A DNA stretch of 59,908 nt from a virus (lineage: Duplodnaviria; Caudoviricetes), in the IMG/VR virus record IMGVR_UViG_3300004805_000007, positions 1-59,908 of that record; one strand, 5' to 3'. The notes under the pieces were generated by a model, which was not told where the DNA came from, did not search any database, and worked only from the letters and a program-made list of their open reading frames with translations. A program made the position numbers and the translations under genes. Below are positions 44,571 to 52,805 of this stretch, piece by piece; position 1 is the first letter of the stretch, and every line of letters starts with the position of its first letter.

Positions 44571-45041
44571 ATGATTGACCCGATAACCGCTTTCGCTACG
44601 GCCCAAGCGGCTATCAAGGGGGTGCAAGCCGCAATCAAGATGGGTAAGGACATCCACGCCATTGGCGGGGAGATGATGAAGTTCTTTGAGGCCAAGGATG
44701 TCGTCCAAAAGGCGGCATCCCAACCTAAGTCTAGTTTTGCTAAGTCTGATACAGCGGCTGCGTTTGAGATAGTGATGCAGGCAAAGCAATTAGCTGATGC
44801 CGAGCGGGAATTGAATAACTGGATGGTGATGTCTGGACATGCTGACCTCTGGCAGCAGCTACTGGTGGAGCGCAACAACCTAATCCAGAAACGCAAGACG
44901 GAAGAGATACTGGCAGAGAAGCACGCCAAGAAGCGCAAGGAAGATATCGAGGACTTGTTGACTTGGTTGATAGCAGGGGCATTGGTTATCCTGCTGTTGG
45001 GTTTATGTTTTTGGTGGACAACTTTACTTCTGGGGAAATAA
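44571..45041 (+). CDS. Membrane-anchored protein of the lysis region
   Basis: MIDPIT N-terminus, coiled coil, C-terminal TM helix. Confidence 0.65.
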   Translation: MIDPITAFATAQAAIKGVQAAIKMGKDIHAIGGEMMKFFEAKDVVQKAASQPKSSFAKSDTAAAFEIVMQAKQLADAERELNNWMVMSGHADLWQQLLVERNNLIQKRKTEEILAEKHAKKRKEDIEDLLTWLIAGALVILLLGLCFWWTTLLLGK

Positions 45042-45557
45042 ATGCTGACGATTCTGAGTACCTTGATCTCCTTCCTGATGGGCGGCTTGCCTAAGCTGCT
45101 GGACTTTTTCCAAGACCGGCAGGACAAGAAGCATGAACTGGCTCTAGCCCAGATGCAGATTGAGCGCGAACTTGAGCTACGCAAGGCTGGATTTGAAGCG
45201 CAGGAACGGGTGGAGCAGATACACAGCGCCCAGCTAGAGATGGAGACTACCGCCAAGGCCAATGAGAATCTGGTCAATGCCCAAGTCGCCGAGATGAATG
45301 CCATCTACCAGCATGACGAATCCCTTAATGAAGGCACTAGCCAGTGGATGAAGAACCTACGTGCCGGTGTGCGTAGCTTTATTACTTTGGGATTCTTCTT
45401 CCTACTGTGCTTTGTGGACATCGGCATGTTTGTGTACGGCTGGAACAACGGCGTGGCCTTCCCTGCCCTTGCAGAGCGCCTGTGGGACTCCAACACCCAA
45501 GCGCTGTTTGCTTCGATAATCGCGTTCCATTTCGGGGGCAGAGCCTTTGGCAAATGA
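45042..45557 (+). CDS. Putative holin-like membrane protein
   Basis: N-terminal hydrophobic helix, coiled coil, two C-terminal TM segments ending FHFGGR; upstream of the lysozyme. Confidence 0.6.
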   Translation: MLTILSTLISFLMGGLPKLLDFFQDRQDKKHELALAQMQIERELELRKAGFEAQERVEQIHSAQLEMETTAKANENLVNAQVAEMNAIYQHDESLNEGTSQWMKNLRAGVRSFITLGFFFLLCFVDIGMFVYGWNNGVAFPALAERLWDSNTQALFASIIAFHFGGRAFGK

Positions 45558-45709
45558 TCTGGACTCTTGTGCTGGTAACAGGTATTAACATGAATAGTAT
45601 CCTAGTTGTTGGTTACTTTGAGGGGGAGACTGCCTGTCAGCGGGCAGCAAAGGAGTGGCGCGACTTGGGATACAAGGTTGGCTGCGTGCAGAGTACTGTG
45701 AAAAAATGA
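45554..45709 (+). CDS. Small hypothetical protein
   Basis: MIWTLVLV...C..AA...GCVQ; ATGA overlaps at both ends. Confidence 0.5.
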   Translation: MIWTLVLVTGINMNSILVVGYFEGETACQRAAKEWRDLGYKVGCVQSTVKK

Positions 45710-46182
45710 AAGTTTCTGACAAAGCCCTTGGGGTCGTCCGCCACCATGAAGGCGTGCGCCAGCGCCCGTACCGTTGTCCAGCTAAATTGTGGACTATCGG
45801 CGTAGGTCACGTGCTGTACCCCGAGCAAGGCCGGTTAAAACTGGAAGAGCGCGATGCCTTCCCGCTGCGCCCGGAGGACAACCGGCAGTTCAGCATGGAG
45901 GAAGTCAATGGAATTCTTGCAGCAGACCTACAGCGCTTTGAGCGAGGAGTGGAGAAGTTCTGCCCTGTCCCTCTTACACAGGGTATGTTTGATGGGCTTG
46001 TCAGCTTTTCTTTTAACTGCGGCCTTGGGACACTCCAGCGTAGTACGCTTCGCCAGAAACTGCTTCGCGGGGATAAAGAAGGCGCTGCTGAAGAATTCTT
46101 GAAGTATTGCATGGCTGGGGGTAAAATCCTTAAAGGGTTGCAAAACCGCCGCATTGATGAACGCGCCCTATTTCTAGGATGA
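45706..46182 (+). CDS. Endolysin, GH24 phage lysozyme
   Basis: HEG...YRC...WTIGVGH (E-x8-C-x5-T), FD.LVSF.FN.G, GL.NRR..E. Confidence 0.92.
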   Translation: MKVSDKALGVVRHHEGVRQRPYRCPAKLWTIGVGHVLYPEQGRLKLEERDAFPLRPEDNRQFSMEEVNGILAADLQRFERGVEKFCPVPLTQGMFDGLVSFSFNCGLGTLQRSTLRQKLLRGDKEGAAEEFLKYCMAGGKILKGLQNRRIDERALFLG

Positions 46183-46185
46183 CCG

Positions 46186-48258
46186 ATGCCCTTACAAAAA
46201 CTGTTGCTCAAGCCGGGGGTGAACCGGGAAAACACTCGGTACACCAACGAGGGTGGGTGGTATGAGTCTGACAAGGTTCGGTTTCGTCAAGGCACGCCCG
46301 AAAAGATAGGCGGTTGGCAGCGTATTTCTGCGGCCACATTTGCGGGCGTTTGCCGTTCTTTATGGAACTGGGTAACGCTTGGCGCACAAAACTTGCTGGG
46401 CGTTGGTACAAACTCTAAGTTCTATATTGAGAACGGCGGGTTTTACTACGACATCACCCCGGTCCGCGCAGAACACACCCTGACCAACCCGTTCACTACC
46501 AATGGCACAACTACAGTGCTTGTGACGGACGCATCAAACCAAGCCCTCAATGGGGATTACGTAACTTTCTATGGCGGTACTGCGGTAGGCGGACAGACTA
46601 TTTTGGGTGAGTACAAAATTTCGGTACTTACAGGCAACACCTACAACATTACCATTTCCGCAGCCGCTACAGCCGCTACTGGCGGAGGTACGGTCTACGC
46701 TGTATACCAAATCAATATTGGCCCTTCCTACGCCGCACCGCTTTCTGGTTGGGGTGCAAGTACTTGGGGGTCAGGCACATGGGGAATTGGTACTTCCTCC
46801 ACGGATGCAATGCGTATTTGGAACCAGATTAACTGGGGCCAAAACTTGGTATACGGCCCTCGCGGCGGGCCGATGTATTACTGGGATGCGACGATTGGTT
46901 TGCGTAACAGTGAGGTATCTTTGTCCATTGCAACCCCTTGTGTAATGACAACGACGATCACCCTTGCAGACAAAACCCCAATTACGTTTACAACGACAGG
47001 CGCACTGCCTACCGGTTTGCTGCCGGGGGTTACCTACTATCTAAAGTATGTGACTGCTACAACCTACAATCTTGCTACTACTGCGGGCGGCTCATCCATT
47101 AACACTTCGGGCTCACAGTCAGGCGCTCAGTTTATTTCTTCACGGGGCATGCTGCTCTCACAGCTTCCCAACTCAGACGGCTATTGCCCGCTGTACCAAA
47201 ACACGTTTACCGTGTCTGATGCCAGCCGGTTCTTGCTTGTGTTTGGTACTAACGATTACGACAGTTCCATTCTTGATCCTATGCTAATTCGTTGGTCAGA
47301 TCAAGAATCGTTGACCACATGGTTTCCAGCAATTACCAATCAAGCAGGTAGTGTTCGACTATCCCATGGATCCAAAATCGTTACGACCTTGCAAAGTCGC
47401 CAAGAGATTGTGGTGTGGACAGACCAGTCTTTGTACTCCCTTCAATACCTCGGTCCGCCCTATGTCTGGGGTTCTCAGCTTCTTGCAGACAACGTGTCTA
47501 TCGCTGGCCCCAATGCAGCCGCTATGGCATCGGGCGTTACCTATTGGATGGGCGTTGACAAGTTTTATAAATATGATGGCCGGGCACAGACTTTGCGCTG
47601 TGATCTGCGTCAATACATTTATGAAAACATCAACATGCTGCAATTTGACCAAGTATTTGCCAGCACCAATGAAGGCTTCAACGAAGTCTGGTTTTTCTAT
47701 TGTTCTCAAGCCAGCAACACAGTGGATAGGTATGTTATCTATAACTATGCCGAGGACATTTGGCAATATGGCACGATGGCACGTACAGCTTGGTTAGATA
47801 CCGGCTTGCGCAATTATCCCATCGCAGCTACCTACAGCAATAACATTGTCTACCATGAATACGGCGTGGATGACAACGAAACGGCAACTACGCTTGCTAT
47901 CACAGCATCCATAGTCTCTTCCCAGTACGACATTGGGGATGGGCACAATTTTGCTTTTGTGTATCGTATGCTGCCAGATATAACTTTCCGTGGCTCTACT
48001 TCTGGTACAACCCCCGCCGTTACAATGTACCTACAAGGATTGGCCAACTCAGGTTCTGGGGTTACTCAATCGGCAAGTGCCCCCGTTGCCTATACAGGCC
48101 CTGCTCCGGCGGTCATCAACGTCGATGAATTTACGGGGCAGATATATACCCGGGTTCGTGGGCGGCAAATGCAGATGCAGATTACTTCCAACACAATTGG
48201 TACACAATGGCAACTTGGCGCTCCCCGTATTGACATCAGGGCGGATGGGCGCAGGTAA
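46186..48258 (+). CDS. Tail tube/nozzle (P22 gp10-like DNA stabilisation) protein
   Basis: 690 aa, beta-rich; KVRFR.G.PEKIGGW, IRWSDQE, ends DGRR; precedes the ejection genes. Confidence 0.65.
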   Translation: MPLQKLLLKPGVNRENTRYTNEGGWYESDKVRFRQGTPEKIGGWQRISAATFAGVCRSLWNWVTLGAQNLLGVGTNSKFYIENGGFYYDITPVRAEHTLTNPFTTNGTTTVLVTDASNQALNGDYVTFYGGTAVGGQTILGEYKISVLTGNTYNITISAAATAATGGGTVYAVYQINIGPSYAAPLSGWGASTWGSGTWGIGTSSTDAMRIWNQINWGQNLVYGPRGGPMYYWDATIGLRNSEVSLSIATPCVMTTTITLADKTPITFTTTGALPTGLLPGVTYYLKYVTATTYNLATTAGGSSINTSGSQSGAQFISSRGMLLSQLPNSDGYCPLYQNTFTVSDASRFLLVFGTNDYDSSILDPMLIRWSDQESLTTWFPAITNQAGSVRLSHGSKIVTTLQSRQEIVVWTDQSLYSLQYLGPPYVWGSQLLADNVSIAGPNAAAMASGVTYWMGVDKFYKYDGRAQTLRCDLRQYIYENINMLQFDQVFASTNEGFNEVWFFYCSQASNTVDRYVIYNYAEDIWQYGTMARTAWLDTGLRNYPIAATYSNNIVYHEYGVDDNETATTLAITASIVSSQYDIGDGHNFAFVYRMLPDITFRGSTSGTTPAVTMYLQGLANSGSGVTQSASAPVAYTGPAPAVINVDEFTGQIYTRVRGRQMQMQITSNTIGTQWQLGAPRIDIRADGRR

Positions 48259-48560
48259 TGGCACAGAAAAATGTAGTCGCTCCAAAATTCCCTGCTGCAA
48301 TAGGGGATAAATATGACCCGGCGCTTATAAATCAGATAACGAACGTACTACGTCTGTACTTCAACCAGCTAGATAACGCTGGGCCAATAACAGCCGCCAC
48401 ACAGCGTAACGGAGCGGATATTGTGTCAGGACTAAGCTTTTTTCCTACGGGGAAAACAACATCTCCCAGTTTGCCTACTCAAGCCGATTTAGCCAATTTA
48501 AGGGTTGGTGATATCTACTACGATACCTCTGCCGGTAACGTGTTAAAAGTAAAAACATAA
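48258..48560 (+). CDS. Hypothetical tail protein
   Basis: LRLYFNQLD; GDIYYD. Confidence 0.65.
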   Translation: MAQKNVVAPKFPAAIGDKYDPALINQITNVLRLYFNQLDNAGPITAATQRNGADIVSGLSFFPTGKTTSPSLPTQADLANLRVGDIYYDTSAGNVLKVKT

Positions 48561-48606
48561 GCCCCTACGTGATATTATTTGTACACTTTTAGCCTAAGGA
48601 ATAGCC

Positions 48607-50874
48607 ATGGCAACAGCACCAGATCAAGGGATCATGTCCCTACCCCAAGCGGAACAAGCTCCGCCGCCTCAATTAAGTCTTAATGAGTCTTATGGTGCGG
48701 TGCAGCAGGGCCTGCAAAATGCCAGCCCAGATGCATCCAAGGCAGTCAATGACACGTTGGACAAACTGGCCCCGATGCTCGATCAGTTGGATGATAAGAC
48801 ATTGGATATGCTCTTGCAGCTCATTCAGTACTTGATGGATCATGAGAAAGAGTACCCGCAACTAATTGCCCAGCTTGCTCAAAAGGGTGCATTCCCAGAA
48901 GGTACGTTTCCTGAGCAGTATGACCCTCAGTTCTTGTCCACTTTTGGCATGATGATCATGCACGCGCAACAAGCGCGTAGCGCGGCCCCCGCTCCTTCCC
49001 CCGAGATGACCCCTCCGGCGACCATGGCCCGGGGCGGCATTGCTGAAGCTGCGCGAACCGTGGCCCGTCAAGGACGGGGCCAAGACAGCATGTTGGCCCA
49101 CATCACTCCACGGGAAGCCAGTATCTTGCGCTCCCATGGCGGCATGGGCACGATGAACCCCAACACAGGCCTTCCAGAATTTGGTTTCTTTGATTTTGTA
49201 GGCGACTTCTTCAAAGGCGTGGGCGATGCAATTGGCAATGTAGTCAAGGGCGTAGTCAATGTCGTCAAAGACGTTGTATCCAGCCCCATTGGCAAGATAC
49301 TGGGAACTATTGCGTTGGCCACGTTCCTCGGCCCAGCAGGGATGGGGCTGGTTAGTTCAACGCTGGCTTTGCCCCTTGCTTCGGCAGGCGTAACACTGCT
49401 TGGCGGAGGAGATCTTAAAGATGCCCTGATCAGCGGCGCAACGGCCTATTTTGGCGCTCCGGGCGGCGTGGTTTCTGACTTTGTCGGCAGCTTTGGCGGC
49501 GTGATGACCAACACCGCTGTCAACGCAGCGGTATCCGCTGGCCTCGTAGGCACGGGCGCAGGCTTGCTACAAGGTAAATCCTTGGCCGATTCTGTCAAGA
49601 ATGGTTTGGTTGCTGGCGCGATTGGCGGCGGCATGGCGGCGTTGCCTTCCTTTACTGGAGGGCAGGGGAAAGTTGCCGAAACTAGTACTGGTCAGATGGG
49701 GGCCGAGGGAGCCAGTAACCCCTTAATTGCAAAAACAGGAACTCAAGATTTTGCTACCAATCTTTCCAATGATGGAAATCAAGTTGCGGCTTTACAAGGC
49801 CCGAATGGAGCTAATCAAGTTGTTGCTGCCGAAGTGCCTTTGCCTATAAGACCCGGGCAGCAAACTTCCGGGCCTTATCAAACTCCCCGCGATTTTCAAA
49901 TGCCCACAAGGCCCGGACAAGAAATGATGTCCATGCCAAATTCCGGGGCTGAAAATGTTCAAGGTGTAGCTGCTCCAGAGACTTTAAGTTCACCGACTCA
50001 AAGTAATGATTTCAAAATGCCCACAAGACCCGGGCAGCAGACTTCCGGGCCTGCCGAAGCTGGGACAAGCTTTATGGATAAAGCATCCGGCATGTTTGAT
50101 AAAGCAAAAGAGTTTTACAATGAAAATCTATCTCCGGCTGGTATTAAGCAGGCAGGGATGGGAGCGGCGGAAGAGGCAGGTAATGCAGCATTAAGCCGGT
50201 TGCCTGCAAATGCCCCTGATGCTCTTAGAACAGCGGCCTATCAAAAAGCCTATGACGCAGCCATGCCCGGTATGCTTCAAACATATGGCCCGTTGGCAGG
50301 GGCAGGTATTGCTGGCCTAGCCCTGACCGGTGGATTTGACGTAAAGCCCGTGCAACTCACCGCTGAACAGCAGGCTATGCAGGATCAAATAGCCGCTGAA
50401 AGGGCTGATCTGGCTGCAAATCCCGGTAAATGGTATAGCAAAAACCTAAAGGGGGTTACTTACGATAGTAGAGGAGTGCCGATTTCAAGTAAGCCCTACG
50501 ATCCTTCAGCGGGCCTGCCAAGCTCCTTGGTTCCCGCCACGCCTCGTCCATCCTATTTACCGGCTATGCAGCAGCCGTACAATACGTCAGCAGTCTCTTC
50601 CGACTTGAACCAGTACATGTACAAGCCGCCAGCTAAAAAAGCAATGGGCGGGGGCATCGGTTCTTTGGGCACTGGCGGTTATCCTCGCAAAACGGGGGCT
50701 ATTGCTGGACCGGGGACCGCGACTTCTGACTCCATACCGGCCATGTTGTCAGACGGTGAATTCGTTATGACGGCAAAAGCCGTACGTGGCGCAGGCAAAG
50801 GTAGCAGATTAGCTGGGGCGAAGAAGATGTACGCCCTTATGCACCAACTTGAGCGCAATGCGTCACGGAGTTAA
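48607..50874 (+). CDS. Putative ejection (internal virion) protein with membrane-prone Gly/Ala region
   Basis: MARGG + GRGQDSMLAHITPRE...NPNTGLPEF; hydrophobic G/A stretch; C-terminal GPGTATSDSIPAMLSDGEFV. Confidence 0.65.
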   Translation: MATAPDQGIMSLPQAEQAPPPQLSLNESYGAVQQGLQNASPDASKAVNDTLDKLAPMLDQLDDKTLDMLLQLIQYLMDHEKEYPQLIAQLAQKGAFPEGTFPEQYDPQFLSTFGMMIMHAQQARSAAPAPSPEMTPPATMARGGIAEAARTVARQGRGQDSMLAHITPREASILRSHGGMGTMNPNTGLPEFGFFDFVGDFFKGVGDAIGNVVKGVVNVVKDVVSSPIGKILGTIALATFLGPAGMGLVSSTLALPLASAGVTLLGGGDLKDALISGATAYFGAPGGVVSDFVGSFGGVMTNTAVNAAVSAGLVGTGAGLLQGKSLADSVKNGLVAGAIGGGMAALPSFTGGQGKVAETSTGQMGAEGASNPLIAKTGTQDFATNLSNDGNQVAALQGPNGANQVVAAEVPLPIRPGQQTSGPYQTPRDFQMPTRPGQEMMSMPNSGAENVQGVAAPETLSSPTQSNDFKMPTRPGQQTSGPAEAGTSFMDKASGMFDKAKEFYNENLSPAGIKQAGMGAAEEAGNAALSRLPANAPDALRTAAYQKAYDAAMPGMLQTYGPLAGAGIAGLALTGGFDVKPVQLTAEQQAMQDQIAAERADLAANPGKWYSKNLKGVTYDSRGVPISSKPYDPSAGLPSSLVPATPRPSYLPAMQQPYNTSAVSSDLNQYMYKPPAKKAMGGGIGSLGTGGYPRKTGAIAGPGTATSDSIPAMLSDGEFVMTAKAVRGAGKGSRLAGAKKMYALMHQLERNASRS

Positions 50875-50876
50875 AT

Positions 50877-52799
50877 ATGGCAGATACTTCCTACCAATAT
50901 GTGTCCGAATCGCCGGACATAGCGGCGGCTAAAAAAGCCTTAATGGAGGAGGCTAATCTTCTTCCATCACCTCAGTTAGCGAATTATCAGGTTGCAGGGA
51001 TGCAGCCTGAGCAACAGGCAGCGATGGACCTTGGCCTGCAAGGCATTGGGGCATACCAGCCCTATCTTGCCAATGCTGCTGCTTCGGCCACACAAGGAGC
51101 AGGAAACTTAGGGGAAGCCACCGACATCCTACGTGGCGCGGATACCCGCAATCAGTTTTCTGCTGGCCAAGCTGCCTTAAATGCTGCGGGAACTGCTGCT
51201 GGGAATATTGGGCAATATGCCAATCAAGCAGGCGCGGGCCTTGGGAATATTTCGGCAGGCATTGGAGCAATTAACACTGCACAAAATTTGGCCGCACAAT
51301 CGGTCAACCAGCCCGGATTTGGTCAAGCAGCAGGGAGTTTGGATTACGCTTCTAAGGTAGCGCAGCAAGCGGGGCCATCTAATTTTGCTGCCTCAGGTAC
51401 TTTGCTGGGTAGCGGCCTAAATCGAAACGAAGCTGCGGTGCAGCAGGCTCAGCAAGCAGCAAATCAATCCGGGTTTAACCAAGGGATTATGTCTTTGCAG
51501 CAAGGTGCGCAACAGGCACAACAAGCAGCAAAGTTAGGGGCTGCCCCCACTGCCACTGCACAGCAGGCAGGCCCTGCACAACAGGTAACCACACAAAGCT
51601 TTGCCCAACCCGGTTCCGCTGATGCGTACATGTCGCCGTACATGCAAAGCGTGGTGGACATTCAAAAACGTGAAGCTGCGCGGCAATCCGGTATCCAAGG
51701 TACTCAGCAGCAAGCGCAAGCTGCGCAAGCTGGCGCTTTTGGCGGTGGGCGCGATGCTATCATGCGTGCGGAACGTGAACGTAATCTTGGCCAACAAATG
51801 GGCGATATCCAAGCCCAAGGATCGCAGGCCGCATATCAACAAGCCCAGCAGCAATTTAACGCTGAGCAGCAGGCACGTTTGGCCGCTCAACAGTCCAACC
51901 AACAAGCTGGGGTGCAGACTAATCTTGCCAACTTAAATGCTGGGCAGCAAACTGAATTGGCAAATCAAGCAATGAAAGGCCAGTACGGCCTCGCGCAGGG
52001 GCAGATGGGCCTCAACGCAGCCAACCTACAACAAAACGTCGGCCAAGCGCAATTGGCGGCGGCAGGGCAGCAAGGACAACTTGGTCTTGCTGCGGCGCAG
52101 CAACAGTTTCAAGCAGCAGGCTACGATGCCAACACGGCCATGCAAATGGCGCAACTGCAACAAACGCAACAGCAGCAAGCATTGCAGCAGTCCCAAGCTA
52201 TGCAGGGTATTGGATCGTTGCAAGGGCAACTTGCAGGGCAACAAGGGGGCATGCAACAAAATGCTGCCAACATCATTGGCAATCTTGGGAACCAACAAGC
52301 AGGCCTTGCAGGGCTCAATGCCAGTATTGCAGGCCAACAGGCCGGTATCCTCGGTCAGCAATCACAGGCCCAACAGGCTCTTGGCCAAGGCATCGGAAAC
52401 TTGGCTGCACAGCAGTTTGGTATTGGTAGTCAAATGGCGCAGGGCATCGGCTCGTTGGGCACGCAACTTGGAAATATTGGAACGCAGCAAGCAGCATTGG
52501 GACAAGGCGCACAAGCCATGGGCCAAGCCGATGTCAGCCAGTTGTATAACATGGGTGCGTTGCAGCAGAAGCAAGATCAAGCAGTGTTGGATGCCAATCG
52601 TGTCAATGCAAATCAAATTGCTCTACAGGATCAACAAAAGCTTGCTTTTAAATCCGACATTTACAAGGGTGCGCCTTCTTCGCAGATGGCAATGACACAG
52701 CAAACGCAAGCAGCGCCAAGCCCATTTCAACAAATTGCAGGGCTAGGCACGGGCCTCGTTTCAGGGGCAGCGGCAGGTGCAAAAGCAGGACTGTTCTAA
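50877..52799 (+). CDS. Putative ejection/pilot protein, Gln/Ala/Gly-rich
   Basis: Long Q/A/G helical repeats; YMSPY...AGAFGGGR motif. Confidence 0.65.
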   Translation: MADTSYQYVSESPDIAAAKKALMEEANLLPSPQLANYQVAGMQPEQQAAMDLGLQGIGAYQPYLANAAASATQGAGNLGEATDILRGADTRNQFSAGQAALNAAGTAAGNIGQYANQAGAGLGNISAGIGAINTAQNLAAQSVNQPGFGQAAGSLDYASKVAQQAGPSNFAASGTLLGSGLNRNEAAVQQAQQAANQSGFNQGIMSLQQGAQQAQQAAKLGAAPTATAQQAGPAQQVTTQSFAQPGSADAYMSPYMQSVVDIQKREAARQSGIQGTQQQAQAAQAGAFGGGRDAIMRAERERNLGQQMGDIQAQGSQAAYQQAQQQFNAEQQARLAAQQSNQQAGVQTNLANLNAGQQTELANQAMKGQYGLAQGQMGLNAANLQQNVGQAQLAAAGQQGQLGLAAAQQQFQAAGYDANTAMQMAQLQQTQQQQALQQSQAMQGIGSLQGQLAGQQGGMQQNAANIIGNLGNQQAGLAGLNASIAGQQAGILGQQSQAQQALGQGIGNLAAQQFGIGSQMAQGIGSLGTQLGNIGTQQAALGQGAQAMGQADVSQLYNMGALQQKQDQAVLDANRVNANQIALQDQQKLAFKSDIYKGAPSSQMAMTQQTQAAPSPFQQIAGLGTGLVSGAAAGAKAGLF

Positions 52800-52805
52800 G
52801 GAATC

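Noticed and set aside
50877-52799. Tape-measure protein of a long-tailed phage
   Set aside because: No major tail tube, sheath or baseplate genes were recognised; the context fits podovirus ejection proteins
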